Source: Verrucomicrobiota bacterium
GTDB taxonomy: Bacteria > Verrucomicrobiota > Verrucomicrobiia > Opitutales > Seribacteraceae
Assembly (NCBI GenBank): GCA_027622665.1
Contig: JAQBYT010000001.1
Span: 320,001-384,000 of the forward strand
Length of the DNA stretch: 64,000 nucleotides
Direction of reading: 5' to 3'
Shown here one piece after another: positions 49,600 to 60,034 of this stretch. A program made the position numbers and the translations under genes. Below the pieces are notes generated by a model. The model was not told where the DNA came from, did no database searches, and saw only the letters and a list, made by a program, of their open reading frames with translations. The first letter of the stretch is position 1. Every line of letters begins with the position of its first letter.

Positions 49600-50675
49600 G
49601 GAATTGACGGAAACTTATGATCGGGATCGAAAGCCGCCTTCACTGCTTTTGTGATGACTCCATCGGCCCACTCCCCCAAATATGGATGTTCCACCTGTCC
49701 CCGAAAGGCAAGTCCTCGCAAACCTCTCTCTCGCAAACCGCAATCAAGTCCCATCACCGCACTTTCGGCAGGCCACGCCACCCATGCAACATTGCAAGCC
49801 ACACCGTATCGACGCGATGCTCCGAAGGATGAAAGAAATTCGTCCAGCTCTATTATTCTGTTTGGAGTCACGGGCACTTTTACCAAGATGGCGTCAGGTG
49901 AAGCCCAACCAAATGAGTTTGCATTGCGCCAAAATTTGTCGGCCTCATCGGTAGCGATCAGCTCTCCCGAGCCGCCTAGTTCCAATAGAATCCGATCAGC
50001 CCTTTTAGGCAAGGCGGATTCGGCTCCCCCTATTCGTAAAAAAACATCGCCTGCAGAATTTAACTCCATTCCGTCTGGTTCCCAAGATGAAACCGCCACG
50101 CAACGAACTTTATCTATTCCGGTTTCCAAATTCACGGAAGGAAGTCGCAATGTAAGAAATTTCCGGGGTTCGGGAAATACCTTAAAGCTTACCTCCGTCA
50201 AAATCCCAAAACAGCCGAGACTACCAACGAGAAATTTAGGAAAATCAAATCCTGCTGCATTCTTAACCACCTTGCCTCCGCCTTTGATTCGGCGGCCCCT
50301 GCCGTCCACAAAAGTAACTCCGATTATAAAGTCGCGAATGCCGCCAAAACGCAACCGCCCTGGGCCGTTTAAACCTGCTGCGACCATTCCTCCGAGAGTT
50401 GAGCCCTTTTCCGCAAAAGGAGGATCGAAAGGCATGTACTGACCGTGTTCCCGTAAAGTCGCTTGTACTTTTTCTATCGGCGTTCCCGCTTTGGCGGAAA
50501 AAACATATTCACTAGGCTCGTATTCCACAATTCCAGACAACCCCGACAAATCGATGAAATCTCCTTCATGCGACATCGTCAGGGCAGGTTTGGTCTTTCC
50601 TCCTACTGCGAGGACATGCGAGGACTCGCATACCGCCACAGCAACTTCCTCGGAGCACTGTGGTCGTATTGTCAT
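49596..50675 (-). CDS. glcE: glycolate oxidase FAD subunit
   Basis: [41 protein letters not shown]. Confidence 0.9.
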   Translation of the reverse strand: MTIRPQCSEEVAVAVCESSHVLAVGGKTKPALTMSHEGDFIDLSGLSGIVEYEPSEYVFSAKAGTPIEKVQATLREHGQYMPFDPPFAEKGSTLGGMVAAGLNGPGRLRFGGIRDFIIGVTFVDGRGRRIKGGGKVVKNAAGFDFPKFLVGSLGCFGILTEVSFKVFPEPRKFLTLRLPSVNLETGIDKVRCVAVSSWEPDGMELNSAGDVFLRIGGAESALPKRADRILLELGGSGELIATDEADKFWRNANSFGWASPDAILVKVPVTPNRIIELDEFLSSFGASRRYGVACNVAWVAWPAESAVMGLDCGLRERGLRGLAFRGQVEHPYLGEWADGVITKAVKAAFDPDHKFPSIP

Positions 50676-52120
50676 TCCCGAGAAATCAGGCCTGCCTTTT
50701 CCAGAGGGTGCAACCCATAGAGAGAAAGAGAGGGAGCTTCACCGTCAGGAAACATTTTTCCAGGATTGGAAATTTCGGCGGGGTCAAAAGCGCTTCGGAC
50801 GGACTTCATCAAGTCGATGTCGTCCTCACTAAACATAGTCGGAAGATATTGTCGCTTTTCCATACCCACGCCGTGCTCTCCCGTGATGGACCCACCCATC
50901 TTAACGCAAGTCATCAAAATTTCGCTGGCAGCAGACTCTGCACGTTCTAGTGCTCCGTCAACTCGGCCGTCATACATAATTAGAGGATGCAGGTTTCCGT
51001 CTCCGGCATGAAAAACATTAGCGATGCGAACGTTATATTTCTCACCGACGTCCTTGATCTTTCGCAAAGCTTCTCCCAAACGGTTGCGAGGGACGACCCC
51101 GTCCTGCACAATGAAATCAGGACTCAATCGACCAACAGCTGAAAAGGCACTCTTTCGCCCACTCCAAATTCTAGCACGTTCAAGAGCATCTGCCGCAACA
51201 TGCGTTTCCGTGGGGCTAGAAGATCTTAATAATTCTGCCAAAAGTGGCTTCTCGGCATCCAATTCTTCTGCGGGTCCCTCAAGTTCGACAATAAGCACAG
51301 CATCCACATCTTTGGGGTAACCCGCATTAACGGCATATTCGGCAGCCTCAATGGCGAGCTTATCCATAATTTCGAGTGCGCCGGGAAGGAGACCAGAACA
51401 AACGATCATAGAAACTGCATCGCCAGCCTTTTCAAGCGAATCGTATCCAGCCAAAACAGTATGATATGCTTCGACTTTTGGGAGCAAACGAAGAGTTATT
51501 TCTAATGCCACGCCAAATAAGCCTTCGCTTCCTGCAAATAAACTAGTCCAGTCGGGGCCTATCATTTCCAAGGAATCACCACCAAATTGAACGACTTCGC
51601 CTGTTGCTAAAACTAACTTCAAGCCAAGCACATGATTAGTAGTCATTCCGTATTTAAGGCAATGTGCACCGCCAGAATTAAACGCTACGTTTCCGCCAAT
51701 AGTACATATTTTCTGACTTGAAGGGTCGGGTGCAAAATAAAGATCATAATCAGCCGCCTTCTCGGAAACAGTTAAATTAACAACTCCAGGTTCAACAATA
51801 GCAATTCGCCGTACAGGATCCAAATCAAGAATTTTATTCAAGCGGTTGAGAGCTATTACGATACCATCTTCAACCGGCAAGCATCCTCCCGACAAACTAG
51901 TCCCACTACCTCGTGCAACAAAGGGCACTTTTGCCCTAGAACAAATACGAACTGTTTCAATAACTTCTTGCCCGGTTTCTGGCACGACCACGGCACGAGG
52001 ACGAACAGCGAAAGCAGTCAACCCATCAGATTGGTATGAAGCAAGATGGACATCCTCGGTCAGCAGGCGATCGACGGGATATAGCCTAGAAAGTTCGTTC
52101 ATGAATTCTTGATGAGACAT
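50672..52120 (-). CDS. glcD: glycolate oxidase FAD-linked subunit
   Basis: [48 protein letters not shown]. Confidence 0.93.
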   Translation of the reverse strand: MSHQEFMNELSRLYPVDRLLTEDVHLASYQSDGLTAFAVRPRAVVVPETGQEVIETVRICSRAKVPFVARGSGTSLSGGCLPVEDGIVIALNRLNKILDLDPVRRIAIVEPGVVNLTVSEKAADYDLYFAPDPSSQKICTIGGNVAFNSGGAHCLKYGMTTNHVLGLKLVLATGEVVQFGGDSLEMIGPDWTSLFAGSEGLFGVALEITLRLLPKVEAYHTVLAGYDSLEKAGDAVSMIVCSGLLPGALEIMDKLAIEAAEYAVNAGYPKDVDAVLIVELEGPAEELDAEKPLLAELLRSSSPTETHVAADALERARIWSGRKSAFSAVGRLSPDFIVQDGVVPRNRLGEALRKIKDVGEKYNVRIANVFHAGDGNLHPLIMYDGRVDGALERAESAASEILMTCVKMGGSITGEHGVGMEKRQYLPTMFSEDDIDLMKSVRSAFDPAEISNPGKMFPDGEAPSLSLYGLHPLEKAGLISRE

Positions 52121-52325
52121 CAATTCAGTACACAATAAGCTAGAGCTGTAGCACGGTAATTTTTCATTCGAATAAACAGTGGTTCATTATTGTTTATTTT
52201 CACTTTCGCACCCATAATCTTGATATTGTATTTTGAAATACCGATATTTTTATCACAGATATAAACGCATGAAATGTACAAGTAAATACACGCTCTTTTC
52301 GCTTTCTTGAGTGCAAATAAAATAA

Positions 52326-52358
52326 TGTTGTTTTGTTCATGCTACATGAACTACAACA
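52326..52358 (-). terminator. probable intrinsic terminator of the Gfo/Idh/MocA gene
   Basis: GTTCATG/CATGAAC inner stem and TGTTGT/ACAACA outer stem just after the stop, followed on the minus strand by TTATTTTATTT. Confidence 0.5.
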
Positions 52359-52360
52359 AT

Positions 52361-53440
52361 TTACAGGTTAATGGCACGCCCTTCTCGGTAAGATAGGTCT
52401 GCCGCCAAAACGATAGCCAAACTGTTTACTGCGTCTTCTAGATGGTTCGTAAGATCGATGTTTTCTTTAATAGCCTTGAGAAAATATGCCTGTTCTCGTT
52501 CACACAACTCGTCATGGCCAGGCTCATCCTCGGTATTTATAAATTCATCCTCGTGTGCAAATTCGCCCTTTTCATTTAATTCAGCATGATGGACCTTCAG
52601 AATATTAGTCATGCAGTGCGAATCGACATCATCGCTCTCAACCTCTTCCGTCTTGTCGGCAACTATGCTCACGCAACCCTTGGGGCCCATTGCGTCTTTA
52701 ACAAAAAAAGCCGTTTCACTCACCATTGGCCCCCACGCGGCTTCATACCAACCACTGGAACCGTTCTCAAACTGTATATTGAAAATCCCGTAATTATACA
52801 TGGTAGGACTTATTTCATCGCTAAGCCTCGAGCCAACAGCATGTACCCGTGTCGGTTTAGAGCGAGTCATCTGACACATCACATCCACATAATGAACGCC
52901 ACAGTCCACGATTGGCGAAGTTGTTTTCATGAGATTTTTATGAGTCTCCCAATTCTCTCCCTTGCTTTGTTGGTTGAGATTCATTCTCATTGCAAGTGGA
53001 CTACCCATGTCACGAGCAATTTCAATAAACTTGATCCATGATGGGTGATGCCGAAGGATGTATCCAACGACAACCTTGCGATTAACTTCCTTGGCCTTAG
53101 TAGCAATGGCACAAGCCTTCTCGACAGTTTCCGCAAGAGGTTTTTCAACAAAAACATGGCAACCGAAATCAAGGGCGGCTATGGTATAAGGAAAGTGAGT
53201 TTCTGTATAAGAAGAAATGGAGACGGCATCAGGTTTGGTTTCTCTTAGTGCCTGATTGAAATCAACATATTGAGGCATAGGGCCTAGTTCGTTCACCATT
53301 TCTTGAGACGACTGTAATGATCGAGTTACCACGCCGCATATCTCAAAACCTTCTAACTTGGAATACGCACGGGCATGAGAAATGCCCATATGCCCAGCAC
53401 CAATAACAAGTATACGGACAGTTTTCTTTTTCATTATCAT
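52361..53440 (-). CDS. Gfo/Idh/MocA family oxidoreductase
   Basis: IGAGHMG, VFVEKPLA, DCGVHYVD. Confidence 0.92.
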   Translation of the reverse strand: MIMKKKTVRILVIGAGHMGISHARAYSKLEGFEICGVVTRSLQSSQEMVNELGPMPQYVDFNQALRETKPDAVSISSYTETHFPYTIAALDFGCHVFVEKPLAETVEKACAIATKAKEVNRKVVVGYILRHHPSWIKFIEIARDMGSPLAMRMNLNQQSKGENWETHKNLMKTTSPIVDCGVHYVDVMCQMTRSKPTRVHAVGSRLSDEISPTMYNYGIFNIQFENGSSGWYEAAWGPMVSETAFFVKDAMGPKGCVSIVADKTEEVESDDVDSHCMTNILKVHHAELNEKGEFAHEDEFINTEDEPGHDELCEREQAYFLKAIKENIDLTNHLEDAVNSLAIVLAADLSYREGRAINL

Positions 53441-53455
53441 TTTATTATAAACTCT

Positions 53456-54544
53456 TCACTTTTTTAAATTAAGTACTTCAATAATATGCTGTTTGATAGT
53501 TAATGGTTCCAACCCCTTCGTCGATCGATAAAAAATCTTAGCTTCAGATGTTAATAATCCAAGAAATGGAGTTGTTTCTAGTCCCTCTTCTGCTCTGAGC
53601 TCAACAACTGGAGAAATTTCGGTGCCTGAGCAAATATAATTTGTTCCTGAAGACTGAGTTTCGATTAAGAGTTTTTTCGCGACATCAGTGAAATCATTGC
53701 CATCCACACAAATAGTAACTAGCTTTAATCCCCTTTTTCTGTAAATTTTATGGATTGCAGCAAGTTGAAGCAATTCTTGACGGTTATTCTTATCTTGATT
53801 GCTCCATACATAAATTAATTTTGGTAGTTTTGAATCATTCCTTCTAACAAACTTAAGTGTTCTTATATTCGCAGTTTTCAAATAAACGCTTTCTCTAGCA
53901 AAACGCTCTCTCGTTTTTTCGGCAATTATACGATCTTTAATCCACTTGATAGAATTTCCAAAAACTAGCCCGCGAACCACCGCCGGTTCGATTCCATGAT
54001 TCAAGGAGTTAATCGCAATTCTCAGCTCTTCGCGATCCTCCCGATCCGGGTTTTTTGGGTCTCCAATCCTTCCAGAATACCGAAGTTTTCGTTTCTTATC
54101 GAAGAGGAAAGCATGGGGAGTTACGCGAACCCCATAGGCTTTTGCTACCTCTTGCGTTTTCCCGTCATAAAGATATGGGAAGGGATATTGCAATTCTCTT
54201 GCCCGCAATGCCATCTCGGGGAGAGTATCACCCAATGCCGAAGACGACAATTCGTCTGGCAAAATAGCTTCTGGATCGTTTGGCGATATGGCAACAACAG
54301 CCAATCCTTTATTCCGATACTCTTTTGCCAAACGAATGATGCGATGCTGAAATATTTGTGATGTCGGGCAGTGGTTTGAGAGAAAGACAATTACGAGCAG
54401 TTCGGATTTCCTGAAGTCTGTTGAATTATAAATGAGGCCATCGACCCCCGGCAATCGGAACGGCGGCATATCCTCTTGGTTGTCCAAGGCAAAGGCCGAA
54501 GACCATAATCCCGCAATTGCCAGTAAGAATCTTATACGATTCAT
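53456..54544 (-). CDS. exported redoxin / thioredoxin-fold protein (two domains)
   Basis: Signal peptide, FLSNHCPT, VAISPND, FPYLYDG, TPHAFLFD, YSGRI. Confidence 0.85.
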   Translation of the reverse strand: MNRIRFLLAIAGLWSSAFALDNQEDMPPFRLPGVDGLIYNSTDFRKSELLVIVFLSNHCPTSQIFQHRIIRLAKEYRNKGLAVVAISPNDPEAILPDELSSSALGDTLPEMALRARELQYPFPYLYDGKTQEVAKAYGVRVTPHAFLFDKKRKLRYSGRIGDPKNPDREDREELRIAINSLNHGIEPAVVRGLVFGNSIKWIKDRIIAEKTRERFARESVYLKTANIRTLKFVRRNDSKLPKLIYVWSNQDKNNRQELLQLAAIHKIYRKRGLKLVTICVDGNDFTDVAKKLLIETQSSGTNYICSGTEISPVVELRAEEGLETTPFLGLLTSEAKIFYRSTKGLEPLTIKQHIIEVLNLKK

Positions 54545-54661
54545 AAATGGTTAATCTGGACATAACGTTTTTGGTTGGCAAAGGAAAATATCAGTTTCTT
54601 AAAACCCAACAGACGATTGACCTTTTTGTACAGAAGACTACTCTTGATTTTTAAATTTAAT

Positions 54662-55849
54662 ATGTACCCCGAAGACAGCAAAGAGAAGTGGTTCAGCGGA
54701 AAAGGCTTGTGGCACGAGGTTGACGACAAGGACTGGAACAACTGGTCTTGGCAGCTACGGAACCGCATAACAAGCCTTTCCCAACTTGAGGAATACCTAG
54801 AATTGACCCATGAAGAACGTGAGGGGTGCCGCCTTGCGTATAGTAAACTGTCGATGGCGATCACACCTTTTTTCTTTAATTTGATAGATCGCAAAAACGC
54901 CAACTGCCCCATTCGCCTCCAGGTTATTCCAAGAGTGGAAGAAATGACAACCAGCCAAGAGGAAATGTTGGATCCCGTTGGTGAAGATGAACACTCTCCC
55001 GTTGCTGGAATCGTTCACCGATATCCAGATAGAGTCTTGTTTTTGGTTACAGACCGATGTGCTTCATATTGTCGCTACTGCACTAGAAGTCGGATGGTTT
55101 CAAATGCCCAGGATTACAATTTTCATCCTGCTCTAGAGGATGGACTCGCCTACATTGAACAAAATAGCAGCATTCGCGATGTCCTCTTGAGTGGTGGCGA
55201 TCCATTGCTTTTGTCGGATCGTAAACTTGATTATCTTCTCGGTCGCTTGCGGAAGATTCCTCATGTCGAATTTGTTCGTATTGGGTCTCGGATACCAGTG
55301 TTTCTGCCACAGCGTATCACGCCGGAATTGTCGGAAATCTTCCGAAAGCACGGGCCCGTTTGGATGAGTATTCACGTTAATCATCCCACGGAATGTACTG
55401 TCGAACTTAAAAGCGCATGCGAGCAACTAGCTTTTTCCGGAGTGCCCTTGGGGAATCAATCTGTTCTGCTGCGCGGAGTTAACGACGATTTGATGGTCAT
55501 GAAAAGTCTTGTCCATCGCCTTTTAATGATGCGCGTCAGACCTTATTATTTGTACCAGTGTGACCTTATTACGGGCAGTTCACATCTTCGATCCGACATC
55601 TCTACGGGTCTGGATATTATTCGCGGTTTACGCGGACACACCACGGGTTATGCCGTACCGCAATTTGTGATCGATGCCCCGGGAGGGGGGGGCAAGGTTC
55701 CGATAAACCCTGATTACGTAGAGCGGATTTCTGAAAATGAAATCGTTTTCAAAAACTTCCAGGGTAAATCTTATCGCTATCCTCTTATTGGCGGCACCAT
55801 CGGTCATGTCCCAAATATAGATGGCATCCGCGATAAAATTTTGACTTAA
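54662..55849 (+). CDS. kamA: KamA-family radical SAM/PLP aminomutase (lysine 2,3-aminomutase-like)
   Basis: HRYPDRVL, CASYCRYCTR, SGGDPL, NQSVLLRGVND, YYLYQCD, DAPGGGGK. Confidence 0.9.
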   Translation: MYPEDSKEKWFSGKGLWHEVDDKDWNNWSWQLRNRITSLSQLEEYLELTHEEREGCRLAYSKLSMAITPFFFNLIDRKNANCPIRLQVIPRVEEMTTSQEEMLDPVGEDEHSPVAGIVHRYPDRVLFLVTDRCASYCRYCTRSRMVSNAQDYNFHPALEDGLAYIEQNSSIRDVLLSGGDPLLLSDRKLDYLLGRLRKIPHVEFVRIGSRIPVFLPQRITPELSEIFRKHGPVWMSIHVNHPTECTVELKSACEQLAFSGVPLGNQSVLLRGVNDDLMVMKSLVHRLLMMRVRPYYLYQCDLITGSSHLRSDISTGLDIIRGLRGHTTGYAVPQFVIDAPGGGGKVPINPDYVERISENEIVFKNFQGKSYRYPLIGGTIGHVPNIDGIRDKILT

Positions 55850-57078
55850 TTTCCGCGATGTCTCCAGGGAAAGAAAGCGGCTAGGTAGCCTTTGGGATAA
55901 CACTTTTCGTCCTCTGGAAGTTCGACAAATCCATCTGTCCCCACCAAAGCCGCCAAGTCGCCAGAATTATTTGGCGGTCGAGGCTGCACGCACATTGCCC
56001 CTGATGTGCTTTCCTGTATGCATACCGGCAGGAATCGGGTGAACGAAGGTGTATAATTAAAAGGTTCCGTCAACTCTGCCGTAATTGGGGAATTAGCTCT
56101 AATGCCTTGCAAGAGGTTTAGTGTTAATCGGACATAGCGGACGAAGCCAACGACTGCAGATATGGGATTTCCGGGTAATCCAAATGCAATTGGTCCGTCC
56201 GAAATCTTACCGAACCACAATGGCTTGCCGGGGGATTGGCGAACACCGTGAAAAATTGTCTCGAAGCCACAACCGGCAAGAACGTCTGGAAGATAATCCT
56301 TACGACCTACGGAAACCCCTCCCGTGAAAATCAAAAGGTCTGATGTGCCGACAAGCATTTCTACCGCTTCGCTAATCTTGTCCCGGTCGTCAGGCACTCG
56401 ATTAACAACAGGGGGCCGAAGTCCTTCTAAAACGCAGGCCGCAGATAGGGCATGTATATTAGATTCGCGTATTTGAAAAGGCGTAGGAGTCGATTCCACG
56501 GCAACGAGTTCTTCGCCTGTACCAAGAATGCCGACCACCGGGAGACGGGACACCGTAAGTGTTTTATATCCACAAGTTGCGGCAACCGCCACCTCTCCTG
56601 GATTCAACGTACTCCCACTGGAAACAAGTTGATCACCCTTGGCGTGATCACTTCCTTTGCGATGGACAAAAAGTCCAGATTCAACGCGAACTCCAGCTGG
56701 AGAAGTGATAACGACCTCGTCATCAATCCTTGCGACCCACTCAACAGGCAGAACCGTATCGGTTCCTGTAGGTAGAGATGCACCCGTCGCAACCTCTACG
56801 CATTCCTGTACAGATTCGACGCCTGCGCCAATATAACCTGCCATTTGTTGACCACATACTACAAACTTGCGAAGGCCTGCGAACCACGCATCACTGTTTA
56901 TGGCAAAACCATCCATCATCACTCTATCGAACGGGGGGAACGCTCGGTCGGCCATTAAAGGTTGTCGGAGAATGCGCCCCGCGGATTCAGACAAGAAGAC
57001 ATTCTCGAGATTCAGAGAATTAACATTTTTATGAATAAGTGAAATTGCATCCTTTACGGTTAATAGAGAAGGTATCAT
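55846..57078 (-). CDS. moeA: molybdopterin molybdotransferase
   Basis: PPFDRVMMDGFA, TGEEL, TGGVSVG, PGKP, GLPGNP. Confidence 0.95.
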   Translation of the reverse strand: MIPSLLTVKDAISLIHKNVNSLNLENVFLSESAGRILRQPLMADRAFPPFDRVMMDGFAINSDAWFAGLRKFVVCGQQMAGYIGAGVESVQECVEVATGASLPTGTDTVLPVEWVARIDDEVVITSPAGVRVESGLFVHRKGSDHAKGDQLVSSGSTLNPGEVAVAATCGYKTLTVSRLPVVGILGTGEELVAVESTPTPFQIRESNIHALSAACVLEGLRPPVVNRVPDDRDKISEAVEMLVGTSDLLIFTGGVSVGRKDYLPDVLAGCGFETIFHGVRQSPGKPLWFGKISDGPIAFGLPGNPISAVVGFVRYVRLTLNLLQGIRANSPITAELTEPFNYTPSFTRFLPVCIQESTSGAMCVQPRPPNNSGDLAALVGTDGFVELPEDEKCYPKGYLAAFFPWRHRGN

Positions 57079-57132
57079 AAATAGATATGAAATATAAGTT
57101 GCTTCATAAAATCAGAACTACGAAAATGTAAA

Positions 57133-58140
57133 ATGGGTAAAGTTAAAGATACTCTGGGTAGACCGATTCGAGATTTAAGGATTTCAGTTACCGACCGCTG
57201 TAATTTCCGTTGCAAATACTGTATGCCTGCAGAAATATTTGGTCCGCAATATGCATTTTTGCCCAAGGGAGAAATCCTCACATTTGAAGAAATCACCAGA
57301 CTCGCAAAAATATTTAGTTTTTTTGGGGCCATTTAATAAAGAATCACAGGTGGCGAGCCGCTACTACGACGGGATTTACCCTTGCTTGTCAAAATGTTAT
57401 GTGAATTGGGGAGTTATGAAGATTTAGCACTAACGACAAACGGCTTTTTACTTTCGAAATACGCTAAAGAATTGTTCGATTCTGGCCTAAAGAGAGTTAC
57501 CGTCAGCCTAGATTCTTTAAAGGAAACTACATTCAAATATATGAATGGTGGGTTTTCATCAGTTCAAGATGTAACAAAAGGAATAGAAGCTGCGATAAGC
57601 GTTGGCTTATATGTAAAAATAAATGTGGTGGTGCAAAAAGGAGTAAATGAAGATCAAATTATTCCAATTGCAGAATACGGAAATCAACTAGGAATAAATA
57701 CTAGATTCATTGAGTTTATGGATGTTGGAAATCACAATCAATGGATAGAGGAAAAGGTTTTTACAGCTCGTGATATTCTAAAGGTGCTGCAGTCGCGATT
57801 TTCTCTGGAACCCATTGGATCTAGCTATCGTGGTGAAGTCGCACAAAGATATAAGGAAAGTGGTTCATCATGGGAGATAGGACTTATCTCATCAATAACC
57901 AAACCTTTTTGTCGGGATTGCGTGAGAGCAAGAGTGAGTGCCGATGGTCATATTTTTACATGCCTTTTCGGGACGAAAGGTTTTGATATTAGGTCACAGA
58001 TGAGAAAAGGACTTAATGACGATGATTTTATAGATCTTATTTCGAAAATATGGACACTACGAAAAGATAAGTACTCTGAAGATCGTTCACAGTTAAGGGG
58101 CACTCTCGACAAGGTTGAAATGCATCATATTGGCGGTTAA
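57133..58140 (+). pseudogene. moaA: GTP 3',8-cyclase interrupted by two in-frame TAA codons (pseudogene or sequence error)
   Basis: [16 protein letters not shown]...GAI**RITGGEPLLR...FCRDCVRAR...MHHIGG; the two ORF-track pieces are in the same frame. Confidence 0.88.
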
Positions 58141-58266
58141 GGATTATAGCCTATATGAAATTTATAAATGCCTGAATTTATAGAAACACTGTTTACCAAA
58201 ATATAAATGAGTTTAAAAAAAGGATGGAATCCTCATTTCCGCTAAACTAGAGTTGGTTTGGTATAA

Positions 58267-59421
58267 TTAATCTGTTCGGATGGGCATTACAACACAAAGG
58301 AAACTTAGGGGGTCTCCTTCTTTAGGACCGTCTGTACGAAAAACACCTGGACTCATATCGTCTCTAAATTCAAAAAATACCTTGTCTTTTGTCAAAGACT
58401 TCAATGGATCGAGCAGGAAACGAGGGTTGAAGGAAACCGTAGCATTTTCTCCATCGTACTCAATCGACATGGACTCGCGTGCATCCCCCAAGATGCTTTG
58501 ACCTGTTATTTCTAGTTCGTAGGGTTTTAGCCTAAAGGTTACTTTGTCATCTGATACCAATGCTGCTCTAGTCACACATTCTTGCAATAATTCTCGCTCT
58601 ACTTCACTGCGATTAAAACTGTCTTTTGGGATGACTTGCTTGTAGTTTGGATACTTTCCTTCCACGACTTTTGAAACGAGGTAAACTGATTCGACAAAAC
58701 CTTTTCCGGCTTCACCCTCTTCGACTTTTTGATTACCTATTTTCATCTCAAAAGCCACCTGCCTGTCGGTAAATGAAACACGCACCGAATTACCCAGGTT
58801 AGGAATTCTTTCCAGCTCGGAAACGGAAGAGGATGGCAAAATGAACTCTCCTCCCTCGTTTGTTTTTTCTCCAAGAGTACGTTTTGTGACCGCAAGGCGT
58901 CGACCATCGGTTGCTACCAGTGCCAGTTCGTCTTCCGAGAAAAGAAAGTAAACCCCTTTTAACATATAGCGTTCCTCGTTTAGGGACTGTGCATAAGAAA
59001 CATTCTTGAGCATCTGGATTAATTCCGCACGATCTAGATCGAAATCTTGTTGTCCTTCAAGCGTAGGCAGGGGCGGGAATTCTTTACTTTCCATTCCCAT
59101 CACATTAAAAACGGATCCCCTTGTGGTTATTGTCGCCTTTGGGTCGGCACCGGTTTCTACGCTTACTTCCATATCCGCGAGTTGGCGAATAATGCTGCCC
59201 AGCTCCTTCACCGGCAAGGTTACAGCTCCAGGTTCAGCAACTTCTGCTTTAACCGAGCATCTGGCCCCCAGGTCTAGGTTAGTTGTCGTTAGCGACACCT
59301 TGCCTGCTTCCGCTTCTATTAAAACATTTTGAAGGATTGGCATTGTCTTGCGAGTGCCAACCACGCTGTTGACCAACTGGAGGCCAGAACTGAAAAAATC
59401 TCGGTTTATTTTGAACTTCAT
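58267..59421 (-). CDS. dnaN: DNA polymerase III beta sliding clamp
   Basis: TMPILQNVLI, TNLD, FPPLP, VATDGRRLA, GKYPNYKQVIP, FNPRFL, VVMPIR. Confidence 0.97.
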   Translation of the reverse strand: MKFKINRDFFSSGLQLVNSVVGTRKTMPILQNVLIEAEAGKVSLTTTNLDLGARCSVKAEVAEPGAVTLPVKELGSIIRQLADMEVSVETGADPKATITTRGSVFNVMGMESKEFPPLPTLEGQQDFDLDRAELIQMLKNVSYAQSLNEERYMLKGVYFLFSEDELALVATDGRRLAVTKRTLGEKTNEGGEFILPSSSVSELERIPNLGNSVRVSFTDRQVAFEMKIGNQKVEEGEAGKGFVESVYLVSKVVEGKYPNYKQVIPKDSFNRSEVERELLQECVTRAALVSDDKVTFRLKPYELEITGQSILGDARESMSIEYDGENATVSFNPRFLLDPLKSLTKDKVFFEFRDDMSPGVFRTDGPKEGDPLSFLCVVMPIRTD

Positions 59422-59668
59422 TGTCTAAGCAATTTTGAGGTTTTGAAGGTAACCGGCAAACGATAATTATATAAGAAAGACAATTTAAAAGAATTTAATC
59501 TTCTTATTATATCCCTTGAATAACAATAATAGATATCTTATCAAGTTGAACACAAATTGGTTACGGAAAAATCGGTATATTAATAAAAGCCCAAAAAAAT
59601 GAGAATACTTGCCAAACCCGTGAATAAAAATTTTGGTGTTCACACCTTGTATACACCCCGCCATCTAA

Positions 59669-60034
59669 TTATTCACGTTCCCTCCTTTTTGCTAAAGCTT
59701 CAAGATAATTCCAGAATGACTGGTCTTTTTCTAGGTCTTTTTCTTCACTTACCGGGAGTTTGAAACGAACAACAAAGTCGTTAAATGTGTTTTTTCTCAA
59801 GATATAGAGGCAGTGCAGTGTTTTATCTCCCCGTTCAAGGTAAATCCTCAGGTCACCAATCCGCATTCTGAAAAAGTTCTTACCGTTGCGACTAAAACGA
59901 CCGACATCGGAATCTTTTTCTGAAATAACCTCGGAGGTTAGGGAACTTAGTTTTTCCATAAGCTCCAATTGACCGACATGGTCGAGGGCGTTAACCTCGG
60001 CCATGCTTTGATCGCTAAATGTCAACTGAAACAT
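59669..60034 (-). CDS. RelE/ParE-like fold protein, no adjacent antitoxin
   Basis: MFQLTFSDQS...FFRMRIGDLRIY pattern resembling RelE (YRLRVGDYR). Confidence 0.7.
   Translation of the reverse strand: MFQLTFSDQSMAEVNALDHVGQLELMEKLSSLTSEVISEKDSDVGRFSRNGKNFFRMRIGDLRIYLERGDKTLHCLYILRKNTFNDFVVRFKLPVSEEKDLEKDQSFWNYLEALAKRRERE

Noticed and set aside
48695..51320. Long plus-strand ORFs (265 and 263 aa and others) opposite glcDEF
   Set aside because: Antisense mirrors with Ser/Pro/Thr-rich non-protein-like composition.
57334..57339. TAA reassignment or alternative genetic code
   Set aside because: TAA terminates many genes normally here (pyrD, moaA itself) and RF1 is intact.
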